This document shows, piece by piece, positions 1 through 9,357 of a stretch of 64,000 nucleotides of DNA (positions are counted from its first letter, which is position 1; each line of letters starts with the position of its first letter). The notes beneath the pieces are model-generated. The model did no database searches, was not told the DNA's origin, and saw only the letters and a list, made by a program, of their open reading frames with translations. Source of the stretch: an uncultured Oscillospiraceae bacterium (GTDB lineage Bacteria; Bacillota; Clostridia; Oscillospirales; Oscillospiraceae); contig CAYSYK010000004.1 of NCBI GenBank assembly GCA_964435375.1, positions 3,954 through 67,953 of the forward strand, given 5' to 3'. The position numbers and the translations under genes were made by a program.

Positions 1-91
1 TCTCGCGCAGTTTCATCGGCCCGCGGCGGCCGTCCACGATGGGGCGGATTCCGATGGCGGGGTAGTCCCCGATATAACGATTTTTCGCCAT
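1..91 (-). CDS. fucI: L-fucose isomerase, N-terminal fragment (continues beyond the left edge)
   Basis: Manual translation of the minus strand from ATG at 91 gives MAKNRYIGDYPAIGIRPIVDGRRGPMKLRE, matching the FucI N-terminal motif IGIRPxIDGRR. GGAGG RBS upstream; follows fucU. Confidence 0.88.
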   Translation of the reverse strand, partial: MAKNRYIGDYPAIGIRPIVDGRRGPMKLRE

Positions 92-108
92 AGTTGTTTC
101 CTCCAAAC

Positions 109-549
109 TCAAACTTTTACAACGCCCTTTTTCAGCAGGACGTTGGCATAGATGGCAGTTTCGCCGGTGGCGATGATGAGATAGGCGTTTTTCGCGCGTT
201 CATAGAACGCGAACCGCTCCGTCATCTCGATTTGCGAATGCTCCGGCTCGGCGCGGTGCAGAATTTCCTTGTAGCGTTCCCAGATCGGCGGCGTGGGGCA
301 GGCGTCACCGGCAACGACCTCCATCAGCGCAACGGGCTTTTCCACATAGGCATCGAGCGGGATCATCTTCAGCACGGCCTCAAGGATTTCGGCCGCGCCG
401 TGCCCATCCGCGCGGATGACTTGCGCGTGTTTGCCGATGCTGTGGCTCGGAAAATTGCCGTCGGCAATGACAAGCTCATCGCCGTGTCCCATTTCGCACA
501 GTGCCTTGAGCAGCTCCGGGGATAAAATCGGGGGGATTCCTTTCAGCAT
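109..549 (-). CDS. fucU: L-fucose mutarotase (RbsD/FucU family)
   Basis: MLKGIPPILSPELLKALCEMGHGDELVIADGNFP...ERFAFYERAK...TGETAIYANVLLKKGV is the typical FucU/RbsD signature. Confidence 0.93.
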   Translation of the reverse strand: MLKGIPPILSPELLKALCEMGHGDELVIADGNFPSHSIGKHAQVIRADGHGAAEILEAVLKMIPLDAYVEKPVALMEVVAGDACPTPPIWERYKEILHRAEPEHSQIEMTERFAFYERAKNAYLIIATGETAIYANVLLKKGVVKV

Positions 550-552
550 GGG

Positions 553-1272
553 TCATTCCTCCGTTTCCTTTTTGTGCAGCAGCGGGTCGTCGGGGTTGAA
601 CACCTTGTAGCCCGGGTGTCTGCCCGTGATGCGGTAGTAGCTGCGCAGGTCGATCAGCTTTTGAATGTTTTCGGCGCTGATGTCGCGGCTGCCGCCCAGA
701 ATGACGGCGTTGATGGTGATTTTCGCCCACAGCTCCAAGCTCTCCATCCGATAAAAAGCGGTGATGACATCGCTGCCGACAGCCAGTGCACCGTGGTTTT
801 CCAGAAGCATTACGTCATGCTCCTGCAGATACGGCTCGATGGCGTTCGGGACTTCCGTGGTAGAGGGCGTTCCGTAGGGTGTCAGCGGCACGGCGCCGAT
901 GGCCGCCACATCCTCGATCATATTGTACATATCCATCGCCTTGTGCGCCACGGCGAAGCCGGTCGCTCCGGGCGGATGCGCGTGGATGACACTGCGCACG
1001 TCTTCCCGCTTGTCATAGCAGCGCAGGTGCATCTTCAGCTCGCTGGACGGACGCAAGCCCGCTCCCGCCTCCAGAACATTGCCCTGCCTGTCCACACGGA
1101 TGAGCTTTTCGGGCGTGATAAAGGATTTGCTCATGCCCGTGGGTGTGGTCAGGATGGTATTGTCCTCCAGCAGGGCACTGACATTGCCGTCGTTGGCGGC
1201 GACCCAGCCCAACTGCCACATTTTGTGGCAAACGTCGCAGATTTGTTCTTTGATTTGCTCAATGCTTTCCAT
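553..1272 (-). CDS. fucA: Class II aldolase/adducin family protein, probably L-fuculose-1-phosphate aldolase
   Basis: ANDGNVS, TPTGMSK, PSSE, HAHP and LLENHG motifs. Start moved to ATG 1272 (AAGGAG RBS). Product assigned from the fucU/fucI context. Confidence 0.75.
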   Translation of the reverse strand: MESIEQIKEQICDVCHKMWQLGWVAANDGNVSALLEDNTILTTPTGMSKSFITPEKLIRVDRQGNVLEAGAGLRPSSELKMHLRCYDKREDVRSVIHAHPPGATGFAVAHKAMDMYNMIEDVAAIGAVPLTPYGTPSTTEVPNAIEPYLQEHDVMLLENHGALAVGSDVITAFYRMESLELWAKITINAVILGGSRDISAENIQKLIDLRSYYRITGRHPGYKVFNPDDPLLHKKETEE

Positions 1273-1294
1273 GTATTTCTCCTTATTTCGAAAA

Positions 1295-2248
1295 TCATTT
1301 CCGCACCCGATAATTCCGGGGCGAAACGCCATAGGTCCCTCGGAAAAGCCGATGGAAATAGCTGATGTTTTCATAGCCGACCGAGGCGGCAATGTCGTCA
1401 ATATTCCAGTTGGTCGTGCGCAGCAGAAACGCCGCCTGTGTCAATCGCTTTTCCTGCACCAGCTCCGTGTAGGTTTTCCCGGTCTGTCGATGTATCTCCC
1501 GGGAAAGGGTCGCGATGTCCAGATGGAGCATTTTCGCCACTTCCGTCAGGCTGCCGTCGGCATAGTGCGTTTCGATATAGCGCAAGACCGTCAAAATCAC
1601 GCTCTCGCGGGGCGGTTGCCACAGCTTGTCCGTGTAATTCATCAGTTCCAGAAGCAGCAGTGACATGGTCGTCTGGCTGATGTTGCGCCGATTGTGTTTC
1701 TTTTCCAGCAGAACAAGGATCAGATTTTCGATCAGGTTCTGGATGGAAATATCGTCCGCCGTCTGAAAATACAGGTAGCTGTTGCCTTGTTTCTGTCCCA
1801 GCAGGCAATCAAGAATGAATCGGCGCAGGGGAGAGGCATCCTCCTGAATGGCCGACAGCGGCTCGTTAAAAAATTCCGGCAAGACGATAAAATTTACCGT
1901 AATATCGGTCGCACCCGCTTTGCACACCTCGTGTCGGGCGGACTGCCCCAGAAACAGCAGTTCCCCCTCTTTGAGGCGGATGTGCCGCCCGTTGACAATG
2001 TGCGTCGTCTCGCCCATGCAGGAATAGATCACTTCCACATAGTCGTGCGTGTGCTCCGGGAAGTGGATAAAGCGGGTGTGCGGGCGCATCGTGATGAGTT
2101 TGCCGTCCGCCAGCAGCTTTTTGCTGTTGATGACGTTGGTGGTGCCGGTCATGTAAATATCTCTGTCGATGGAGGGACTTCCGTCGAGCAAAACCCGTTC
2201 CTCGGGTGTGATCGGCTGCAGGCGTGCGAGAATACCGGGATCAATCAT
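1295..2248 (-). CDS. AraC-family transcriptional regulator (cupin sensor plus HTH)
   Basis: N-terminal HTHDYVEVIY cupin motif; C-terminal IAASVGYENISYFHRLFRGTYGVSPRNYR AraC HTH. Confidence 0.92.
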   Translation of the reverse strand: MIDPGILARLQPITPEERVLLDGSPSIDRDIYMTGTTNVINSKKLLADGKLITMRPHTRFIHFPEHTHDYVEVIYSCMGETTHIVNGRHIRLKEGELLFLGQSARHEVCKAGATDITVNFIVLPEFFNEPLSAIQEDASPLRRFILDCLLGQKQGNSYLYFQTADDISIQNLIENLILVLLEKKHNRRNISQTTMSLLLLELMNYTDKLWQPPRESVILTVLRYIETHYADGSLTEVAKMLHLDIATLSREIHRQTGKTYTELVQEKRLTQAAFLLRTTNWNIDDIAASVGYENISYFHRLFRGTYGVSPRNYRVRK

Positions 2249-2272
2249 AGGCCGACCTCCTTCTTTTAAAAT

Positions 2273-2301
2273 ATTATAAACAGCTTGTCAAATGATGTCA
2301 A
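2273..2301 (-). promoter_or_regulatory. sigma-A promoter for araC-fucA-fucU-fucI
   Basis: Perfect TTGACA (2301-2296), 17-bp spacer, TATAAT (2278-2273) on the minus strand. Confidence 0.8.
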
Positions 2302-2467
2302 TGTTTTGAAATGATTGGGAAAATATGGAAAAATCCGAAAAAGGTCGTTTTTTTCCAAAACTGCGTAATTTTTTGGTTGTATTCTCCAATTTAGCTATGC
2401 CATTTTTGTTGATTATGAATAATCAGTCAAAAACCGAACAGAAAAATTGTAGAGATTTAACAAATCA

Positions 2468-2535
2468 TTTTGACAAATAAGGACACTTTTTCGTCAAAAA
2501 CAGACCTACAACTTGCGCCTTTCATATGGTAGAAT
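2468..2535 (+). promoter_or_regulatory. Candidate operator plus extended -10 promoter of the rightward glycan operon
   Basis: Inverted repeat TTTTGAC-N18-GTCAAAA (2468-2499) upstream of TGgTAGAAT (2527-2535). No good -35 at 17 bp, consistent with an activator-dependent promoter. Confidence 0.45.
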
Positions 2536-2649
2536 TTTAACATCGGCATGGAATGCCCACGGCGCAACGCGGGAAGCTCGCTCACCAACGGAGATTTTGC
2601 TCCGTTCAGGCCGTGTGCAGCAAGCCAAAAGAAAAGAAAGGAAGTCACT

Positions 2650-3738
2650 ATGAAAACGATGAAACGTATTGTGGCGGTAACAATGCTCTTGAGCATTTTG
2701 CTCGTCTGCGCGGCCGGTTGCACGCCCGAGGACGATACTACCACCACCGCCCCGAACGCCGACGGGAGTTCCGGCGTAGCCGATACGACCACAGGATCGG
2801 GTCAGCCCGCACACGTCCACACCTACAGTGCGCTGATCTATGAAGAGGATGCCACCTGCTCCGAAGCCGGTTGCAAATCCCATTACACCTGCTTTGGTTG
2901 TGACGCGGTCTTCGATGAAGAGAAGAAGGAAGTTTCTTCCGAAAGTCTGGTCATCTCCGCACTGGGGCACGATTTTGACGATGCCTACAAATGCACCCGC
3001 TGCAAGCTGAAGCTGGGCGAAGTCGTGGAAGCCATCGCCGCCCTGCCCGACGGCAACAACATCACGCTCTCCGCTCTGTCCGCCATCGGCGATGCCATCA
3101 GCAAATACAACAAGCTGGACGATGCCGCGAAAGACGCTCTGAACAATCTGACCGATAAGGTCGCGCATCTTCTGGCGTTGAGCGAACAAATCGAGGGCAT
3201 TGAGGTCGGCGTTATGGCAAAATACCTGTCCGATGCCGGCCAGAACCAGACTCTGACAGACGTGAAGTGGACCGACGGTGTCGACGAGATCTACGGCAAC
3301 TACAAGCAGATCGACTACAGTAGCTGGCAGTGGGTCAATCTCAAGTACAACAGCTCCACCCGTCCCGAGGGCAAAACGGTCGTCATGTTCGTCTACAACG
3401 CTGGCGATGCCGATGTCGAGCTGACTTGGGGCGCGGTCGATCCCGCCAAGACTGGTTGTATCTTCAACATCGGTGTCGGCTGGACAAGCGGCGACGGGGA
3501 AGACCCCGATGTCGGCCATCAGGTGCTGAAAGCAAACTCGTGGAACATGATTACGATCAAATGGGACGCCATCTACGGCTTTAATGCCAACGTCATGACC
3601 ACCGGCCATTATGCCGATGCCGAAAACAAAGCCGCCGTGAACGGCTGGAAATTCTCCGACGTATACATGATGGAAGCGGACAAACTCCCGCTGATGCAGC
3701 AAATCATCGACAACAGCGTCGGCACTTCCGCAGAATAA
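2650..3738 (+). CDS. Modular surface lipoprotein 1 (His/Cys module, helical spacer, putative beta-sandwich domain)
   Basis: Start moved to ATG 2650. Lipobox VCAAG-C, Thr-rich linker, HVH...ATC...HYTCFGC...GH...CTRC module. Paralogous to the next gene. Confidence 0.75.
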   Translation: MKTMKRIVAVTMLLSILLVCAAGCTPEDDTTTTAPNADGSSGVADTTTGSGQPAHVHTYSALIYEEDATCSEAGCKSHYTCFGCDAVFDEEKKEVSSESLVISALGHDFDDAYKCTRCKLKLGEVVEAIAALPDGNNITLSALSAIGDAISKYNKLDDAAKDALNNLTDKVAHLLALSEQIEGIEVGVMAKYLSDAGQNQTLTDVKWTDGVDEIYGNYKQIDYSSWQWVNLKYNSSTRPEGKTVVMFVYNAGDADVELTWGAVDPAKTGCIFNIGVGWTSGDGEDPDVGHQVLKANSWNMITIKWDAIYGFNANVMTTGHYADAENKAAVNGWKFSDVYMMEADKLPLMQQIIDNSVGTSAE

Positions 3739-3819
3739 GCACATCTATAAGTAAGCAACACTCCGAAAACCCGATTTCCATTCAAAAATTGATTCAGAAA
3801 ATCTTAGGAGGAAAAAATA

Positions 3820-6297
3820 ATGAAACGCAACACGAAAAACACGCCGGTAAAATTGCTGTGTCTGGCGATGGTGATCGCCGCCTGCGCACTGGCAATGGTT
3901 GCCTGCACTCCCGAAGGCGCAAGCACGAACGGAACGACGACCGGTGAACCCACCGGCACCCAGCAACAGCCGCACGAGCACGCATACGTCTGGCACGAAG
4001 AAGTCGCCGCCACCTGCACGGCCAACGGCACGAAGGGACATTTCACCTGTGAGTGCGGCAAGTATTTCGATGCAGACAAGAATGAAATCACGGCAGACGA
4101 TCTGGCCATCGTCGGCGGACACAATTTCGTAAACTATGTCTGCGCAGGTTGTAACACCGACCTGAGCGCACTGGCCGCAAAAATCGATGCTCTGCCCGAA
4201 AGTAACTATTCCTTGGCCGACATCCCCGTGATCAACGCCGTCAAGAAAGAATTTGACGCGCTGGACGATGCATTCAAAGCCGTGCTTACCAATTCCGCAC
4301 GCCTTGACAATGCCGTATCCGCCATTTCCGGCGTTTGGGTAGCGGCAGGTGCCGACACACTGGCCAGCGGTGGTCAGTGCGACCAGAGCCTTGTGGGATT
4401 TGCCGCAACCGCATCCGAAGACGAAGGTCTGGGCACCGTGGTGACCATCGGCTATGATGCATGGCAGTGGGCAAACTACCGCCACAACAGCACCGAAAAG
4501 ATTGCCGTCGGCACGAAGGTTGCCTTGGGCGTGTACAATGCCTCCGGCGAGGCAAAGGGCCTGCACTGGGGCGACGGCGCGACGGTTTACACCAACGCCG
4601 ATCAGGTCATTTTGCAGCCCGGCTGGAACCTGATCACCTTCACTTGGGAATGGGACGAGAACGCGATCGGCGAAAATTACGTGATCGCCACGCATATTTA
4701 TACGCTGTCCCCCGTCGGCAACGGCGAGAACATGAACGGCTGGAAATTCACCGCGCTGTTCGCTTACAGCGACGAAGCCGCCTTCAAGGCACTGGCAAGC
4801 AACTCCGTAGACGTTGAAATCCAGCCCGCGCACGTTCACGAGTACATCCACCACGACAAAGTCGATGAAACCTGCACCGTAGACGGTGTCGCAGAGCACT
4901 ACACCTGCGCGTGCGGCAAGTATTTCGATGTCAACAAGAATCCCACCACACAAGCCGCACTTGCGATCGCGCACGGACACAAGTTCGTCGATTCCGTCTG
5001 CTCCGGCTGCGGGCTGAATGTCGATGCCATCATCGAAAGCATTGAAAATCTGAGTCTGGCAAATCTGGCCGACGTGATCGCGCAGTACACCGCACTGCCC
5101 GAGGCGGACAAGGCGCTGGTCACAAACGGCTACAAGCTGGCCGCCCTCGAAAATCTGATCGTTGTCGGCGCGGACACGCTGGCTAACTGGGGCGACTGCG
5201 GCTCGGCCGTCACGTTCACCACCGCCTCCGATGACGTTTACGGCGCATACGGCGAGCTGAACCACACCGCAAGCTGGGCATCCGTGAAATACGCCTCGAA
5301 CCTCTTGCTGCAGGGACTGAACAAAGACCTCGTCGTCTACATCTACAACCCCACCGACGCCAACGTCGATATCGCATTCGGCTATCTCAACGACTCCCAC
5401 CCCGAGAGCATTTTCCAAGGCGCTTGCTACAAATATCAGACTTTGAACGCAAACTCTTGGACAAAGGTTGTCATCGAGTGGTCCGATGCTTATAATTACT
5501 ACATGGAACTCCAGCACATGCTGATGATCGCCTCCACCGGCAGCGCTTGCACCGCCGGTAACGGCATCAATCTGACCGGCTTCAAGATGTCCTCCATGTA
5601 CATCGTCGATGACGCCGCCGCGCTGGATGTTCTGACCGGCGACAGCGATGCCGTGCAGGCCGTGATCAGCGCGATCGACACACTGACGCTTGCAAACATC
5701 GAAGCGAATCTGCAGGGCGTGCTGGCGCAGTATAACGCGCTGTCCGATACGGACAAGGCTCTCGTCACCAACGCAGGCAAGCTGACCGCTCTGGCCAACA
5801 TTCAGGTCGTCGGCGCGGACACGCTGGCCAACTGGGGCGACTGCGGCTCGGCCGTCACGTTCACCACCGCCTCCGATGACGTTTACGGCGCATACGGCGA
5901 GCTGAACCACACCGCAAGCTGGGCATCCGTGAAATACGCCTCGAACCTCTTGCTGCAGGGACTGAACAAAGACCTCGTCGTCTACATCTACAACCCCACC
6001 GACGCCAACGTCGATATCGCATTCGGCTATCTCAACGACTCCCACCCCGAGAGCATTTTCCAAGGCGCTTGCTACAAATATCAGACTTTGAACGCAAACT
6101 CTTGGACAAAGGTTGTCATCGAGTGGTCCGATGCTTATAATTACTACATGGAACTCCAGCACATGCTGATGATCGCCTCCACCGGCAGCGCTTGCACCGC
6201 CGGTAACGGCATCAATCTGACCGGCTTCAAGATGTCCTCCATGTACATCGTCGACGACGCCGCCGCGCTGGACGCTCTGATTCCCGCCGCAGAATAA
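3820..6297 (+). CDS. Modular surface lipoprotein 2 (two His/Cys modules, three helical spacers, three beta-rich domains)
   Basis: AGGAGG RBS, lipobox AMVA-C, internally repeated modules, last two domains identical in protein sequence. Confidence 0.8.
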   Translation: MKRNTKNTPVKLLCLAMVIAACALAMVACTPEGASTNGTTTGEPTGTQQQPHEHAYVWHEEVAATCTANGTKGHFTCECGKYFDADKNEITADDLAIVGGHNFVNYVCAGCNTDLSALAAKIDALPESNYSLADIPVINAVKKEFDALDDAFKAVLTNSARLDNAVSAISGVWVAAGADTLASGGQCDQSLVGFAATASEDEGLGTVVTIGYDAWQWANYRHNSTEKIAVGTKVALGVYNASGEAKGLHWGDGATVYTNADQVILQPGWNLITFTWEWDENAIGENYVIATHIYTLSPVGNGENMNGWKFTALFAYSDEAAFKALASNSVDVEIQPAHVHEYIHHDKVDETCTVDGVAEHYTCACGKYFDVNKNPTTQAALAIAHGHKFVDSVCSGCGLNVDAIIESIENLSLANLADVIAQYTALPEADKALVTNGYKLAALENLIVVGADTLANWGDCGSAVTFTTASDDVYGAYGELNHTASWASVKYASNLLLQGLNKDLVVYIYNPTDANVDIAFGYLNDSHPESIFQGACYKYQTLNANSWTKVVIEWSDAYNYYMELQHMLMIASTGSACTAGNGINLTGFKMSSMYIVDDAAALDVLTGDSDAVQAVISAIDTLTLANIEANLQGVLAQYNALSDTDKALVTNAGKLTALANIQVVGADTLANWGDCGSAVTFTTASDDVYGAYGELNHTASWASVKYASNLLLQGLNKDLVVYIYNPTDANVDIAFGYLNDSHPESIFQGACYKYQTLNANSWTKVVIEWSDAYNYYMELQHMLMIASTGSACTAGNGINLTGFKMSSMYIVDDAAALDALIPAAE
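5164..6272 (+). repeat. Intragenic direct repeat, 464 bp x2 (5164-5627 and 5809-6272)
   Basis: By-eye comparison found only two synonymous differences (5184 T vs 5829 C; 5610 T vs 6255 C). Period 645 bp = 215 codons. Confidence 0.92.
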
Positions 6298-6342
6298 TCT
6301 ACCGTTTTCGGAACAGAGAAGTTTCCATTTGGGAGATTTTCC

Positions 6343-7575
6343 GTGAAAAAATTGAGATTTCTTTCCCTGTGCATAGCAGTTCTGCTGCTATGCACAGGAT
6401 GTTCCGTCAATTCCCAACAGACGGGATCCACCGCGGGATCTACCGTTTCGGAAGATCCCGTTTTGACGGAGCAATGCGTCGATTTTGTTGTCGAGGTCGA
6501 AGCGGGATCCGATCCCGTCATCCTGCATCTGACCGACCCGCAAATCATTGATGCCGCGCAAAAGCGAGCGCCCGACCGTCTCGGCGCAGCCGCCGACGAA
6601 TACTGGGCGACGGATAAAGCCGAGCAGCGTTGCTACGGCTATATTCGCGAAACGATCGAGCAAACAAACCCCGACCTGATTCTCCTGACGGGGGATCTCG
6701 TTTACGGCGAGTTTGACGACAGCGGAACGGCTTTGTGTTCTTTCATCGCATTTATGGACGGCTTTCGCATCCCGTGGGCGCCGGTTTTCGGCAATCACGA
6801 CAACGAAAGCAACATGGGCGCAGATTGGCAGTGCGCGCAGTTGGAAAAATCCGAGTACTGCCTGTTCAAGCAGCGGCAGTTGACGGGAAACGGCAACTAT
6901 ACCGTCGGCATTTCACAGGGCGGTGTCCTCACACGGGTATTTTTCATGCTGGACTCCAACGGCTGCTCCGCCGCCAGTGAAGCATCGCTGGCCAACCAAC
7001 ACACCAAAACAACCGTCGGTTTCGGAAACGATCAAATCGACTGGTACACGCAGACGGCTTTGCAAATTCGCGAAAATCATCCGCAGGCAAAGCTCTCCTT
7101 CGCCTTTCATATTCAGCCGGCAATTTTTCGAACCGCTTTCGAAAAGTACGGTTTTGTCAACGACGACGCGGAAATGCTCCTGAATCCGATCGACATTTCC
7201 GCGCACCCCGAGAAAACGGACGGAGATTTCGGATACTTGGGCAGATGCCTGAAAGACCCGTGGGATGCCAACAATCGAGTGTGGAAGAGCATGGTCGCTT
7301 TGGGTGTCGATTCCGTTTTTGTCGGCCATGAACACTGCAACAATGCGAGCGTGGTTTACAAAGGCGTGCGCTTGCAGTACGGCATGAAAAGCAGCACCTA
7401 TGACCGTGCAAATTTCCGAAACCGTGACGGCACGATCGTCGGCACATCGCTGGGCGATGCGGACGGCAGCCGTGAACCTTTGGTCGGCGGCACGGTGATC
7501 CCCCTGTCTTCATCGGACGGCAGCATTCTGCAGCCGTATATTTACATTTGTGCAAACGTCGACACCAAGCAATAA
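6343..7575 (+). CDS. Lipoprotein, calcineurin-like metallophosphoesterase
   Basis: GTG start, lipobox LCTG-C. Motifs HLTDPQ, LTGDL, FGNHD, FHI and GHEH. Confidence 0.85.
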   Translation: MKKLRFLSLCIAVLLLCTGCSVNSQQTGSTAGSTVSEDPVLTEQCVDFVVEVEAGSDPVILHLTDPQIIDAAQKRAPDRLGAAADEYWATDKAEQRCYGYIRETIEQTNPDLILLTGDLVYGEFDDSGTALCSFIAFMDGFRIPWAPVFGNHDNESNMGADWQCAQLEKSEYCLFKQRQLTGNGNYTVGISQGGVLTRVFFMLDSNGCSAASEASLANQHTKTTVGFGNDQIDWYTQTALQIRENHPQAKLSFAFHIQPAIFRTAFEKYGFVNDDAEMLLNPIDISAHPEKTDGDFGYLGRCLKDPWDANNRVWKSMVALGVDSVFVGHEHCNNASVVYKGVRLQYGMKSSTYDRANFRNRDGTIVGTSLGDADGSREPLVGGTVIPLSSSDGSILQPYIYICANVDTKQ

Positions 7576-7593
7576 CAGAAACGAGGTAACGCT

Positions 7594-9330
7594 ATGAAAA
7601 CAAGAAATTTGATCGCAGGTCTGCTGGCAGCCGTGATGCTGCTGTGCGTCGGCTGTTCCGGCAGCGGCACAACCACCGGCGGCAACGACATCCCCGGTAA
7701 CACCGGCGATAACGCAGGCAACGGCGAATACATCAGTGCCAAGCCCTTGGACATCAGCCGGCTTGGGGACGGATACAACCCCAACTATATGCCCGATGCC
7801 GCCTCCATCAAGCAGAGAAGCGGCACCATCCACGTCGTGCTTGACTTTGACGGCACGCAGGTCGGCTGGCAGAAAGTGGCCGAGGAATACGAGCGCCTGC
7901 ACAGCGGCAAGGTCGACGTCGTAATCAATACCGACTATTCCGGCACCATGTACGGCGAAAAAATCATCAGCGAGCTGCAAAACACCAAGACCGATTGGGA
8001 CATCGTTCAGGGCAACCTCGGCAGCTATCACACCAACGCCGCCTGTATGCACATCTCCTCCATTTCCGACCAAAACAACGAATACTGCGGTGCAAACGTA
8101 AAATGGAACGACGTTCTGGAAAACATTGCGTTCGAATCCATCGAAAACCACTCCACCGACACATATATCATCAACTCCGAAACCATGCAAACCTGCTGGT
8201 TCGTCAACAAAACCGCTCTGGACGAGGCCGCCGCGCTGGGCTATCGAAACTCCGACGGCGAGGCCGCCACGCCGAACACATGGGATGATCTTATGAGCCT
8301 GTGCGCCTATATGCAGCAGGCCGGCTACAATAACCCCCTCGGAATCACCCTGTCCGAAGGCTCCATCCGCACCGCGCAGTTCTCTTGGCTGACGCGTATC
8401 TACGGCGACTATTACTATCGCCAGTACTACCCCTACGTCATGAACTCCGAATATTGGGACGACTACGATCCCGAAGACACCGCGCCCGAGACCGTGGACG
8501 GCTACGGCGTGAAATTCTGCAAGATCGCGAACCTGATGCTGGACAAAAACTCCACTCTCACCGACGACGGTTTTGTCGGTGTCGGCAGCGACATTTACAA
8601 AGATTATCTGTCCAACTTCTATAAAATGCGTGACTATATCATCGCCGATGCGAGCGCGACCGAATTTGCCGCCCTGCGCGACCAGTTCCGTCTGCAATCC
8701 AAAGGCAAAAAGAGCGCGCAGATCATCCTCGATTACGTCGGCTACGGCTGCCTGTACAGCACCTCCGATGCCATCGAGCTGGATTATTTCGACTATCCCG
8801 TGATGGAAAGCGACTATGTTGACTCCGACACGCTTACCAGAGACATCGGCGGCAACGGCGGCTTCCTGTCCATCGTCAAGCACGTCGGCGACAAGGCACA
8901 GAACGAGCTGAACATCGACTTCATGAAATTCTTCATGTCCCCCTACGGTCAGACCATCTACTATCAAGGTCTGGCGGAAGGCAATGTCGCGCCCGCAGGT
9001 CAGACCACCGTCAAGCACGTGGTCATGCCCCAGCAGTGGAGCGCATTCTACAACAAAGTCGGCAAAAAGGTCGAATTTAACGGCAACGTCGACGGCAACA
9101 TCTTCATTTCTTGGGGCGTCCGCTTCTTCGGCGACTACGAGAACACCGACGATATGATCGGCGAAATCTGGAAAAAGCTGCTGCTTCGCGGCATCGGCGC
9201 GAAGGATGAGATCACGGTCGACGAGTTCTGCACAAGCTGGTACGATGCCTGCTTCAAAGACTACAAGCTCAAGTGCATCGACTGCCAGTGGCCCGAAAAT
9301 ATGTACCTGAATCCCGCACTTCCTTACTAA
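7594..9330 (+). CDS. Carbohydrate ABC transporter solute-binding lipoprotein
   Basis: Lipobox LCVG-C. WFVNKTALDEA...TPNTWDDLMSLC segment typical of family-1 SBPs. Precedes two permeases. Confidence 0.78.
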   Translation: MKTRNLIAGLLAAVMLLCVGCSGSGTTTGGNDIPGNTGDNAGNGEYISAKPLDISRLGDGYNPNYMPDAASIKQRSGTIHVVLDFDGTQVGWQKVAEEYERLHSGKVDVVINTDYSGTMYGEKIISELQNTKTDWDIVQGNLGSYHTNAACMHISSISDQNNEYCGANVKWNDVLENIAFESIENHSTDTYIINSETMQTCWFVNKTALDEAAALGYRNSDGEAATPNTWDDLMSLCAYMQQAGYNNPLGITLSEGSIRTAQFSWLTRIYGDYYYRQYYPYVMNSEYWDDYDPEDTAPETVDGYGVKFCKIANLMLDKNSTLTDDGFVGVGSDIYKDYLSNFYKMRDYIIADASATEFAALRDQFRLQSKGKKSAQIILDYVGYGCLYSTSDAIELDYFDYPVMESDYVDSDTLTRDIGGNGGFLSIVKHVGDKAQNELNIDFMKFFMSPYGQTIYYQGLAEGNVAPAGQTTVKHVVMPQQWSAFYNKVGKKVEFNGNVDGNIFISWGVRFFGDYENTDDMIGEIWKKLLLRGIGAKDEITVDEFCTSWYDACFKDYKLKCIDCQWPENMYLNPALPY

Positions 9331-9357
9331 GACCAACTTTCCGAAGGTATTGTGGCT

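Noticed and set aside
5164-6272. Possible diversity-generating retroelement TR/VR pair
   Set aside because: Both copies are in frame in one gene, the two differences are synonymous T/C rather than adenine-specific, and no reverse transcriptase is present.
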